In this document: positions 7,264 to 16,381 of the stretch, piece after piece | Layout: each line of letters begins with the position of its first letter | Position numbering within the stretch: position 1 is the first letter of the stretch | Assembly: GCA_041946805.1 (NCBI GenBank) | Contig: JBHGBC010000135.1 | Coordinates: 1-16,659 of the forward strand | Direction: 5' to 3' | DNA length: 16,659 nucleotides | DNA from: a bacterium | GTDB taxonomy: Bacteria; Hinthialibacterota; Hinthialibacteria; Hinthialibacterales; Hinthialibacteraceae | Made by a program: the position numbers and the translations under genes | Notes under the pieces: model-generated | What the model was told of the DNA's origin: nothing | What the model saw: the letters and a program-made list of their open reading frames with translations, nothing else | Databases searched by the model: none

Positions 7264-8826
7264 TCAGCGGGAGTGGGTTTCCTGGGTGAAAAACTGGCTC
7301 CGGCGGGATTGAAGAGACATAAACAGGCTGCGGCCCTGGATCAAATAGGCGGATCCAGGGCTTTCCATCCGCAATTCCCCCGGCAGACGCTGGGTGGGCG
7401 CGCCGATGATCACGTCCGCGAAGCCATCCCCCTGGATGTCACCCGCGCCGGCGATGCACGATCCAAACGCCTCGAAGGGTTCGACGCCCTCGACCACCAC
7501 GTAGTTGATCCCGCTGATATCCCCGTTGACGATCGTGCGGATATCCAGGCTGGACGGCCATTCGTCTTGTCCGAAGAGAAAAACCACCCGGCCCGCGAAC
7601 GCCCGGTCCCGCACGTAATCCATCGGCAGGGCCGCCGCGATATCGGGAAATCCATCTCCATTGATATCCCCCACCCCGTAGGCGGAAGGGGCTCCCTTGA
7701 TGAGACAACCCCAGCGGGCATCCAAATTGCGGAGATCGATGGCGCCGTGGAGATAGCCGCCGCCCCACAACAACAAAACGGATTGATCCTCCATCCCCAC
7801 CAAGAAATCAGGAAAACCGTCACCGTTGACATCGCCCGCCTGGCGGATGAAACGGCGGGCGTGGTCGATGAGAAAACTGTATTCGATGCTCTCGAACCGT
7901 TCGCGGCCGCTCAACAACACCGCCCGGCCTTCCAGATCCCGGCCGCCCCGGGGCGCGACGACAATCATATCGGAAAAGCCATCGGCGTTCAGGTCGAAAT
8001 TCCCGCACACGAATTCCCCCACGCGCGATCCCGCGATCCCCCGCAGCGGCAGCAATCCGTCATCCCGGATGCGCGAATCGATTAGGGAGGGAAAATTGGA
8101 CCGGCCGTAGATCACCACCACCCGGCCGATGTCATACTCCTCTTCCGGGCCGCCCGGCGGATTTTGAACCTGGATCTTACTCGAAGCAGGCATGCCGAAG
8201 ACCACATCCGGAAATCCGTCTCCATTGACATCACCGGCTCCGTCCACCGAAAAACCGGTATAGGTGATTTCCACGCCGTCCTCACGCAAGTCGGCGGCGG
8301 GGATCAGGCGGCGGGGAGCGTTCTTTCCAAAAAGAAGAAAGCCGGCGTTGCCGTTTTCCGATCCGATGGCCAAATCCGCGAATCCGTCCGCGTTGATGTC
8401 TCCAATACGGGCCAGCGCATGGCCGAGACGGGACTCGAAGCGGCCCATCATCACCACGCCGTCGAATTCCTGAGAAGAGAGATCGATCAGCCCCCGGTCG
8501 CGGTTGAGTTGCGATCCAAAGACGATAAACACCGCCCCGTTGTCGTACTCATTGCCAAAGCCGCCGGGATCGTAGGAGGGCGCGCCGATGGCGACATCCT
8601 GAAAGCCATCGCCGTTGAAATCACCGATTCCCGAAAGCGCGGTGCCGATCTCGAAATGCTCGGTTCCCGGATAGACAATCCGGATGGCCCCCAGCGCCTC
8701 CACGGAGGTGATCACCTGGCCCGCTTGGGCGGAAGGGAACGTGAATATGAATACCAGGCTAAATGCCAGGTTGGCAAAAGTTCGCAATTTGTACCCGCCT
8801 AATCCCAGGGAAAGAATCCTATCCAA
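7264..8826 (-). CDS. Secreted FG-GAP repeat (integrin-alpha-like seven-bladed beta-propeller) protein
   Basis: Seven GD(F/I/V)N(G/A)DGFxD-type Ca-binding repeats, several followed by IGAP/VAP, and a signal peptide ending SAQA. The start is uncertain (TTG 8826 or TTG 8787). Confidence 0.9.
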   Translation of the reverse strand: MDRILSLGLGGYKLRTFANLAFSLVFIFTFPSAQAGQVITSVEALGAIRIVYPGTEHFEIGTALSGIGDFNGDGFQDVAIGAPSYDPGGFGNEYDNGAVFIVFGSQLNRDRGLIDLSSQEFDGVVMMGRFESRLGHALARIGDINADGFADLAIGSENGNAGFLLFGKNAPRRLIPAADLREDGVEITYTGFSVDGAGDVNGDGFPDVVFGMPASSKIQVQNPPGGPEEEYDIGRVVVIYGRSNFPSLIDSRIRDDGLLPLRGIAGSRVGEFVCGNFDLNADGFSDMIVVAPRGGRDLEGRAVLLSGRERFESIEYSFLIDHARRFIRQAGDVNGDGFPDFLVGMEDQSVLLLWGGGYLHGAIDLRNLDARWGCLIKGAPSAYGVGDINGDGFPDIAAALPMDYVRDRAFAGRVVFLFGQDEWPSSLDIRTIVNGDISGINYVVVEGVEPFEAFGSCIAGAGDIQGDGFADVIIGAPTQRLPGELRMESPGSAYLIQGRSLFMSLQSRRSQFFTQETHSR

Positions 8827-9156
8827 TCGTATGATTACACCTGTATTGTAATCATCTTAATCATCGGTTGTAAACTCAAGAGGGCATTTCCCCCCATATT
8901 ATATTCTATCCGTAGTAAAGGCGGAACATGAGTTTGACAGGCATCTTACACCCGGGGATGAAAAACGTCCCAACTCCAGTCCCTGCATTTGATCCCCGAT
9001 TGCCGCCGAATCGCCCCTTTTGGAGCTCCGGGGAGCGGAAGGAAGGCTAAGGCCGGGGGGAGGAAAACAGGGACGGAATGGAAGGAATGGGCCTACAAGA
9101 CGTTACGGGCGGAACGCCGGCAGGACAAAGTGAGATACCTTGATCCGTTTCCCTCC

Positions 9157-9786
9157 TCAGCGCCGGACGACATCCCCCGTACTGACCACGCCGTTGCTGG
9201 CGTCATAGGGCAAGCCCCGTAAATCCCCACTGGCATTGACTCCGATATACCCGTCCGGGCCGATGCTGATCATGGCGAACTCGTTTTCCTTGAGAGGATT
9301 GAGGTTATAGAGGCGAGCGTTGGCCTCCTGGTACAAGCCGATGCCAAAATCCTCCCCGGGGAATACAGGATCATTATCGAAATAGATGTAGCTCAATCCC
9401 TTCTCATCCGCGGAAAAGCCGACGCTCTTCTCCCGTGGGCTGAAGGGATCCCGGGGCAAGGATGTCAAATACGCTACCGGCGACGTCAGCGGAAAATACG
9501 GACCTTCGAAGGTCGTATAGGGCGGCTTGGGGCCCACGCCATGGAAATTTTTCTGCCAGCGGGTTTGCGCTTCGGCGCTGTCATCGTCCCAAAAATCGAG
9601 CAGCAAAACGCCCTTGTCCATCCGGAACGTTTCGATCGCGGTGGCGACGCTGCGCATGTCCGCCTGTGTGCGGGCCACCTTGGCCTTGAGCTGGGCGTTG
9701 AGAAAGTTTGGCACGGCGATCGCCGCCAAAATACCGATGATCGCGACCACGATCAACAATTCAATCAATGTAAATCCTTGTTTCAT
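9157..9786 (-). CDS. Prepilin-type N-terminal cleavage/methylation protein B (type IV pilin/GspG pseudopilin-like)
   Basis: MKQG|FTLIELLIVVAIIGILAAIAVPNFLNA, plus LTSPVAYL, DPF, SIGPD and YDASNGVVSTGDV. Start moved to ATG 9786, which has a GAAGGAG RBS at 9793-9799. Confidence 0.92.
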   Translation of the reverse strand: MKQGFTLIELLIVVAIIGILAAIAVPNFLNAQLKAKVARTQADMRSVATAIETFRMDKGVLLLDFWDDDSAEAQTRWQKNFHGVGPKPPYTTFEGPYFPLTSPVAYLTSLPRDPFSPREKSVGFSADEKGLSYIYFDNDPVFPGEDFGIGLYQEANARLYNLNPLKENEFAMISIGPDGYIGVNASGDLRGLPYDASNGVVSTGDVVRR

Positions 9787-9852
9787 GTGCCGCTCCTTCA
9801 ACAAATGATTTGGTTTTGCCATTCACTTTAGGCGATTTCCTCGTTTTCCCCT

Positions 9853-9873
9853 AGTATAATTAACCAGTATAAT
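9853..9873. promoter_or_regulatory. Tandem AGTATAAT boxes in the divergent intergenic region (possible -10 elements or operator)
   Basis: AGTATAAT at 9853-9860 and 9866-9873 reads TATAAT on + and TATACT on -. No convincing -35 at canonical spacing. Confidence 0.35.
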
Positions 9874-9932
9874 GAACATGCTTTGTTTTTTCACCGGCTG
9901 GGTGAGGCATAGAAAATGTAACTTGACAAAAA

Positions 9933-10592
9933 ATGACTGGATTGATCCATTTATCGATCTTATTTGGCATCAGTCTCCCCCTGGCGGCGTCCTGCGGACA
10001 GCTGCCGCCTCCGCCGGTATCCGCCGATCCCGCGGCCGGAATCATCCAGTTCGAGGGAACGATATTTCCCCGGCGGTATAATTCCCATCCAGACCGGGCC
10101 AACGGGCATCATTTCATCGTCTGGTCCGGGGGCGCCAACGCCGCCAAGGCCCTGATCAATACCGCGGTCTCCGACCGGGAGATCCTCAAAGCCCTCGAAT
10201 CCGTGGGCGCGGTGGTGGGAAACAATCTCACCCCCGCCACCTGGGAGCAACGGGCCGATCCCGCCGCGTCCGCCCCCGATCAGCGGGTGGAAGGATCCTT
10301 GCTGGAGATCCGGGTGCGATGGAACGGCCGGGAGCATCCCATCCAAGATCTTTTTCAGGATAAAAATCCTCTGGACTTCGCCATCCGCGCCGGGGGGAAT
10401 GAAAAACTGATCCCCGTCTGGCGGTCGGGATGCGTCACTTGCCTGTTCTCGTGTCCGGGCGGAAAAACCAGCAATGCCGCCTATACCATTCGGGATCAAT
10501 ATTGGCAAAAAAAAGTCTTTCTCGCGGATGCGGCCGCGCTTCCCCCCGACGGCGCTCAAGTCCGAGTGATCATGCGGGTCATCCAGAAATAA
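9933..10592 (+). CDS. YdjY-like domain protein, probable lipoprotein with CxxCxxxC motif
   Basis: Hydrophobic leader ending LAAS-C, HHFIVW..G.NA.KAL, GNNL, and SGCVTCLFSCP resembling the cysteine cluster of E. coli YdjY. Confidence 0.75.
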   Translation: MTGLIHLSILFGISLPLAASCGQLPPPPVSADPAAGIIQFEGTIFPRRYNSHPDRANGHHFIVWSGGANAAKALINTAVSDREILKALESVGAVVGNNLTPATWEQRADPAASAPDQRVEGSLLEIRVRWNGREHPIQDLFQDKNPLDFAIRAGGNEKLIPVWRSGCVTCLFSCPGGKTSNAAYTIRDQYWQKKVFLADAAALPPDGAQVRVIMRVIQK

Positions 10593-11001
10593 GCCTTGCT
10601 CCACAGCCGATATTCAAGGAATAAGATGGTAGATGAACCAGGATGTCCAAGAGAATTAAGATCGCCAGGATGGCTTCCTGCCGGGGTGACGCCGATGGCG
10701 AATAGCCGAGTACCCCTTCCGTGCGCTCGAGTAGCTTTATATTGGGAGAGGATATCGCGGTGATCCATCCATCCTCCCGTTAACGATCCCTTTCCATATT
10801 CTCTCGATTCATAGAGGAAGATTGTGTAGGAGGAAGTATTCATTCCATTATTAGTAAATTCTATATATAATTATTTTAATCAGTTTTGTAAACATTTTTA
10901 ACCTTTTCGAAAATTTGTTGAAATAGTCATCTTTTCTCGATATAATCTCCCCGATTCCGTCAACAACTCATCCTTCGAGGCATCTCCTGGGAGTATCATC
11001 C

Positions 11002-14000
11002 ATGACATTTCGAAATTTTTTAAAACCATCATATGCTGTAGTTTTTTTTTGCATGATTTGTATCGGGTTCGGTATTCTCTCTCTACCACTTCTTGAAACC
11101 AGCCCGTTACCCCCGAAACCGGTTCCGTCTTCGTTGAGTCCTTCCCAGCCGGATACACTTTATACTCCCTTACCGGCCGCTTTGGCGCCGGTTTCGTCCG
11201 CGCCAGCCCCGCAAGCTCGGCCGATTCACGCCATGAAGCCCCCCAAACCGGTGCATCCCACGGTCCAGCGAACCGATTCCGCCACCGCGAAACAGGCCGC
11301 GAACCGCATTTTGGCACGATTCGATCAGATGCAACAACGCGTGGCGGACCAACCGTACAAGCCCATGCGGGGCCTGCCCCGGGCCACCGGAACGAAGGTT
11401 GCCAATCCGGAACAGCAAAAGGCCATCGACCAAATGTTGGCGGTACTGGGCGGCGGGGCCGTTTTGCATATGGACAACGTGTCCGGGACGCTGCGCCATT
11501 TGGAGGGGGATTTGAAGAAACTGGTGGACGATTCCCCCGCCTACCAGGAGGCGCGGCAGCGCTTGGACCATGCCGGCATGGCGGTGGCGTTGGCGAGTGA
11601 TATCAAGACGGTGCTGAACATCCAGAATCCGGCGAAGGAATTCCACGCGGAGCGGGTGCAGCACGACGAGCTGGGAATGACCCATGTGATCCTGCAGCAG
11701 GAATACCGGGGCGTGCCGGTGTGGGGGGCGGAAATCGGCGTGCATTTCAACGCCGGCCACGATCCGGTGGGACTGGCCGGTGTGTATGCTCCCACGCCCG
11801 TGAAAATGCCCATACCCGAGATGGAGATCAGCCAGGAAACGGCTATCGCCAAAGCCGGGGCGGCGATCGGGCATACGGGCTCGCCTCTTGTTCCGGCCCA
11901 GGCGCGGCGCATGATCTACTGGGACATCGACCGCGCTCCGGTGTTGTGTTACAACGTGGACATTACCCCGAATTTCCGGGAATCCTGGGAGATTTTCATC
12001 TCCACGGCGGACGGCTCGGTGGTCCACAAGTACAACAAGATCATGATGGCGGCGGCCACGGGCGCCGCGCCGGATCTAAAAGGCAATCCCCAAACCATGA
12101 ACTGTTGGGAAAGCCAGGGCAAATACTACGCCATCGACACCACCCTGCCGATGTACAATGCCGCCCAGTCCCAGCCGCCGGATCCCACCAAACTGACGGG
12201 CGCGATGTACCTGATGGATTTCCGGAACGCCGATCCCAACGCGCAGGATCTGCGGATCTACGATGTCGTGACCTCCAACGTGAACCAATGGGATCCCACG
12301 GCGGTCAGCATGATGCACAATTACCGGCTGACGGAGGATTATTACCGGAAAACCTTCGAGCGCAACTCCATTGATAACAATGGCATGAACATCTGGGCGA
12401 TCATTCACTGGCGGTTTCCCGACGGCCAGGGGGGAAGCTACAGCGACAACGCCTGCTGGAATCCGGGCATCAAGGGGATGCAGTTCGGGGATGGGGAGCA
12501 AAACGACGGGGGGATCCTGCCGCAGGATCTGGACACGGTGGCGCACGAATACACCCACGGGATCACGAATTTCTCCTCCAATTTGATTTACGAAAGCCAA
12601 TCCGGCGCGCTCAATGAGCATTTCTCCGACTTTTTCGGCTGCATGGTGGACCGCGACAACTGGCTGCACGGAGAGGAAACGATCACCGTTCCAGGAAAAA
12701 TCGCCCTGCGGGACCTGTCCAATCCCGGAAATCCCCAGGTCATCTCGCAAAATCCCGCCACCATGAAGGAATACTTGAATCTGACCCTGGAACAAGATAA
12801 TGGCGGAGTCCATATCAACATGGGCATTCCGTGTTACATGTCGTACCTGTTGGCGGAAGGCCTGAACGGCGGCATCGGAAAGGACAAGACGGAGCGGATT
12901 CTGTATCGTTGCCTGACACAATATCTCACCCAGCGGTCGCAATTCATCGACTACCGGCGGTTGTGCATCCAGGCGGCCCAAGACATGTATGGCGAAGCGG
13001 AAGCCGAAGCGGTGAAAAACGCGTTCGACGCGGTGGGCATCACGGAAGAAGGCGGCGGCGGCGGAGGAGGGACGCCCTCCACGCCCGGCACGCCCACCAG
13101 CGGCAACGAGGCGATCCTCTTTCTGCTGGCCGACTCCACCGTCGGCTATGACACTTTCCGGGACGATTTTTACTACAAACTGATCCTCAACACGCAAGGA
13201 GAGAATTATCTCTCCGCGTCGCGGTATGTGGCGGGTTCGCGCCCGGCCACTTCCGGCGACGGCCAATGGGGCGTGTATGTCGGCTGGGACAACAATGTGT
13301 ATTGGACCGACGGCCAATCGGAAGAGCAATGGACCACGGAGGGCATCGTGCGGACCCTGGCCATGTCCAAGAACCTGCGGTACATCGCCTTCACCACCAT
13401 CAATTTCGACAATCTCATTTACCTGATCGATGTGCAGACCAAAACGGTTTCCGAAGTGAAACTGCAAGTCCAGATCCAAAGCGCGGGAATGACCGACCTG
13501 TATTACGCGGATGTGTTGACCTTCAACTTCCGGGGCGATCATTTGTTTTACGACGGCATCGCGAAAATCCAACTCCAATCCGGGGAAAATATCGATTCCT
13601 GGGGCATTTACGGCCTGCGCTTGTCGGACTGTTCCAACTTTGAATTTCTCGCGCCGGTATCCGGCCAGGAAATCGGCGATCCCATCTTCGCCCACACGAA
13701 CGATGCCTTGCTGCTGGCCGACATGGATCTCGTCGAGAATGGGCAAACCACGTCCAACGTGGTCTCGATCGACGTGAGCCAGCAAAAAATCGGATTGCTC
13801 TTGAAAAATACCGACTTGCTCGCCAAGCCGTCCTTCCGCGGGGACGACAAAAGCATCCTGGTCCGGCTGATCGATGAAAACCGGCAGAACTATATGCTCG
13901 TGGAGGGGAAACTGGCGAGCGACAATCTCAGCGTGGACACGCAGAACCTGCAACTGATCTTTTCCTCGAACGAAGCCATTACCTATCCTTTCGGCTTCCG

Positions 14001-16344
14001 GATCGGCCAGTATACCGCCCAGGAGGGGAAGATCGCCGTTCCCGCCGGCCTGGATTTCGGCCCGGTGCCGGTGCAGGAAATCACCGAACAGACCCTCAGT
14101 ATCTCCAACCAGGGGACTGCGGACTTGGACGTGTTGAACATCACCCTCGAGGGTGCGAACGCCGGCTGGTTCGCGCACAACGGATGCGCGCAAAAGATCC
14201 CCCCCGCGGGGCAGTACCAGTTCAAAGTGGCCTGCCAACCGGCGCAGGAAGGTAACTTCCAAGCGGTGATGCGGATTCAATCCACGGACATGAGTCAGCC
14301 GGAGGTCACGGTGGAATTGAAAGGCGTGGGATCTCCCTCCACGCTTCCCACACCCACGGCGCCGCCGCAACCGACGCCAACCATCATGCCCATCGCGACG
14401 AACACCGCGACGGCCACTCCGGATTTACCCGTCATTACCCCCACTTCTCCCATCCCTGGCGAAACCGCGACACCCACCCCCGGCCAAGGCCCGATGGAAT
14501 GGATCTATGAGTTCGGGCAGGACAGCCTGGAAGCGAACGGGTGGAATTCCATCCCCGGCGGATTCCTTCCCAACACGTCGGCGGGAATCATCGCGGCCCG
14601 GACTTTCTTTGGAAAACCGATCCCCTCGTCCCAGGACAACAAGGGCTTGATCGTGACGGTGGAATCCAAGCAGGTGGCGTTTCTCTATGCGCGGGATCCA
14701 CTGCCCACGGGAGGCCATCCCATGCTCCTGCGGCTGACCGTGCGGGCCGATGATGCCGGCGCGGCCATCGCCCTGGTGGCCCTCAAGGGGAACCTGGCGG
14801 CCGGCACCGCGGACGGATCGATCGCCACGCACATCCCCGCCACTGCCACAACCTTCATCAACCAGGAATACACCCTGGTGCTGTTATACGAACCGGACCA
14901 GGGGGAATGGATCACCCCTGCTATCCAGGTGGCCTCGACGGGCCAGGCAGCCGCGTCGGTTTTGATCGACAAGATGGAGGTGATACAACTGGTGGCAGGT
15001 CTGGCCTACTCCGGTCAGGCGTTTTCCTCCCAAGCCCTGACGCATAGCGCGCTGGTCTCGGCTTTGCCCCAGACGGCGCAGCCTCTCCTCACCTATGAAT
15101 TCAAGGAAGACACACTGGACCGGTGCGGTTGGAGTTCCATCTCCGGGGGATTCGGCAGCGCGGCCCCGGGCACGATTTTCCTGTCGGGATTTTTCGGGAA
15201 TCCGCTGCCTTCGTCCACGGACCAGCGCGGCGCGATCCTCTCCGTGCAGCCGGGGCAGGTCGCGTTCCTGTACGCGAAGGAACCCATCTCCACCGGAGGC
15301 AAACCGCTCCTGTTCCGGGCGGTGCTGAGCAGTGACGGAGCGAACGCCGCCGTGGCGCTCGTGGCGTTGAAAGGCAATCTGGCCGCCAACGCCGTGGACG
15401 GCTCCATCGCCACGCACATCCCCGCCAATTGCGCCAGCCTGAGCAATACCGAACGCTGCCTGACGCTCTTGTATCAACCGGACCAGGGAGACCTGGTGAC
15501 GCCGGTGATCCAGGTGGCCGCCACCGGCGCCGGCCAGGGCGCGGCGGTGTTGCTGGACCGGCTGGAAGTGTACGCGCTCGATCCCGCCGAAGCGTATTGG
15601 GGATCGCTGTGCGGATCGCAGTCCTATGGGATCGATCCCCAATCGCCCACCGCCACTCCCGCGGCAGCGCCCACGCCGACTTTCACACCCATCCCCCAAG
15701 GGACCGCCGAACAAGAGCTGAACAATTCGATCCAGCAGGCCCAGAATCTCGGCGGATTGAGTCTGAACGGTTCCATCCTGCTCACGGGGAGAATCGAGAA
15801 GGGCGGCATCTACAGTGGCGACACCGATTGGTACCTGTTCAATCTGACGGAGCCGGGATTGGTGAAGATCCACCTGGATTGGACCGGCGCGGCGGACCTG
15901 GACATCGCGGTGTATCAGCAAAATGGCGAGTACCTGGTCTCTGATGAAACGGCCGGCCAACCGGTGAATCTGGAGGGGTCCCTCGCCGCGGGCAGTTACT
16001 ATTTCGTAATCGCCTCCAAGAACCACCCGGCGGAGTATCAATTCACGGTGACCGCCTCGGCGGCTTCCGCGCCCTACGGCAACGATGTTTCCCTTCTCAA
16101 CGGCAAATACAACCAAGACCCGGCCTCCATGATGTGGTGGTACGTGTTCGACGGGCACGGCCGGTATGAATATTGGGGATGGAATGCAGTGTCGGGAGAG
16201 GCCCTCGTGCACAGCGGGACGTATGCCATTGCGTATCCCAACCTGATTTTCAACCACGACAGCCAAACCGAACAGTACATATTGTCCTTCGAAAGCCCCA
16301 CGGTCTTCCTCCTGAACGGCAATCAAAGGTTTGTGCATGAATGA
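11002..16344 (+). CDS. Large secreted modular M4 (thermolysin-family) zinc metalloprotease
   Basis: N-terminal hydrophobic segment; FTP/PepSY propeptide (DELGMTHVILQQEYRGVPVWG; FISTADGSVV); NACW, HEYTH at 12544-12558, GALNEHFSD, DNGGVHIN. Then a poly-Gly linker, TolB-like propeller repeats, an Ig-like domain (LDFG..ISNQGTADL), PT linkers, two homologous domains and a PPC-like domain (EQELNN..DTDWY..DLDIAVY). Confidence 0.93.
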   Translation: MTFRNFLKPSYAVVFFCMICIGFGILSLPLLETSPLPPKPVPSSLSPSQPDTLYTPLPAALAPVSSAPAPQARPIHAMKPPKPVHPTVQRTDSATAKQAANRILARFDQMQQRVADQPYKPMRGLPRATGTKVANPEQQKAIDQMLAVLGGGAVLHMDNVSGTLRHLEGDLKKLVDDSPAYQEARQRLDHAGMAVALASDIKTVLNIQNPAKEFHAERVQHDELGMTHVILQQEYRGVPVWGAEIGVHFNAGHDPVGLAGVYAPTPVKMPIPEMEISQETAIAKAGAAIGHTGSPLVPAQARRMIYWDIDRAPVLCYNVDITPNFRESWEIFISTADGSVVHKYNKIMMAAATGAAPDLKGNPQTMNCWESQGKYYAIDTTLPMYNAAQSQPPDPTKLTGAMYLMDFRNADPNAQDLRIYDVVTSNVNQWDPTAVSMMHNYRLTEDYYRKTFERNSIDNNGMNIWAIIHWRFPDGQGGSYSDNACWNPGIKGMQFGDGEQNDGGILPQDLDTVAHEYTHGITNFSSNLIYESQSGALNEHFSDFFGCMVDRDNWLHGEETITVPGKIALRDLSNPGNPQVISQNPATMKEYLNLTLEQDNGGVHINMGIPCYMSYLLAEGLNGGIGKDKTERILYRCLTQYLTQRSQFIDYRRLCIQAAQDMYGEAEAEAVKNAFDAVGITEEGGGGGGGTPSTPGTPTSGNEAILFLLADSTVGYDTFRDDFYYKLILNTQGENYLSASRYVAGSRPATSGDGQWGVYVGWDNNVYWTDGQSEEQWTTEGIVRTLAMSKNLRYIAFTTINFDNLIYLIDVQTKTVSEVKLQVQIQSAGMTDLYYADVLTFNFRGDHLFYDGIAKIQLQSGENIDSWGIYGLRLSDCSNFEFLAPVSGQEIGDPIFAHTNDALLLADMDLVENGQTTSNVVSIDVSQQKIGLLLKNTDLLAKPSFRGDDKSILVRLIDENRQNYMLVEGKLASDNLSVDTQNLQLIFSSNEAITYPFGFRIGQYTAQEGKIAVPAGLDFGPVPVQEITEQTLSISNQGTADLDVLNITLEGANAGWFAHNGCAQKIPPAGQYQFKVACQPAQEGNFQAVMRIQSTDMSQPEVTVELKGVGSPSTLPTPTAPPQPTPTIMPIATNTATATPDLPVITPTSPIPGETATPTPGQGPMEWIYEFGQDSLEANGWNSIPGGFLPNTSAGIIAARTFFGKPIPSSQDNKGLIVTVESKQVAFLYARDPLPTGGHPMLLRLTVRADDAGAAIALVALKGNLAAGTADGSIATHIPATATTFINQEYTLVLLYEPDQGEWITPAIQVASTGQAAASVLIDKMEVIQLVAGLAYSGQAFSSQALTHSALVSALPQTAQPLLTYEFKEDTLDRCGWSSISGGFGSAAPGTIFLSGFFGNPLPSSTDQRGAILSVQPGQVAFLYAKEPISTGGKPLLFRAVLSSDGANAAVALVALKGNLAANAVDGSIATHIPANCASLSNTERCLTLLYQPDQGDLVTPVIQVAATGAGQGAAVLLDRLEVYALDPAEAYWGSLCGSQSYGIDPQSPTATPAAAPTPTFTPIPQGTAEQELNNSIQQAQNLGGLSLNGSILLTGRIEKGGIYSGDTDWYLFNLTEPGLVKIHLDWTGAADLDIAVYQQNGEYLVSDETAGQPVNLEGSLAAGSYYFVIASKNHPAEYQFTVTASAASAPYGNDVSLLNGKYNQDPASMMWWYVFDGHGRYEYWGWNAVSGEALVHSGTYAIAYPNLIFNHDSQTEQYILSFESPTVFLLNGNQRFVHE
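14500..15579 (+). repeat. Internal duplication of a ~164-aa domain in the protease (14500-14991 and 15088-15579)
   Basis: Shared blocks YEF..D.L...GW.SI.GGF, FFG.P.PSS.D..G, QVAFLYA, ALVALKGNLAA...DGSIATHIPA, LLY.PDQG...TP.IQVA.TG and D..EV..L. Confidence 0.92.
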
Positions 16345-16381
16345 GGAAAGGGATTGGGTTACGCGCGGCGCGCACCAATCC

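Noticed and set aside
7066..8802. Plus-strand ORFs 7066-8085 and 8164-8802
   Set aside because: Antisense to the FG-GAP gene with no independent evidence of coding.
4793..9786. Diversity-generating retroelement or pilin antigenic-variation cassette
   Set aside because: No reverse transcriptase, recombinase or near-identical template/variable repeat pair seen; both pilin-like genes are full length and divergent.
9923..9953. Perfect TTGACA as a sigma-70 -35 box
   Set aside because: No acceptable -10 at 16-18 bp spacing, and it would place the transcription start inside the CDS.
10632..10671. CAGGAT..CAAGA..AAGAT..CAGGAT periodic stretch resembling a dispersed repeat
   Set aside because: Single copy in this window; cannot be supported without a genome search.
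10556..10843. 95-aa minus-strand ORF and a ~45-codon plus-strand ORF from 10626
   Set aside because: No motifs, atypical composition, and the minus-strand ORF overlaps the neighbouring gene; insufficient support.
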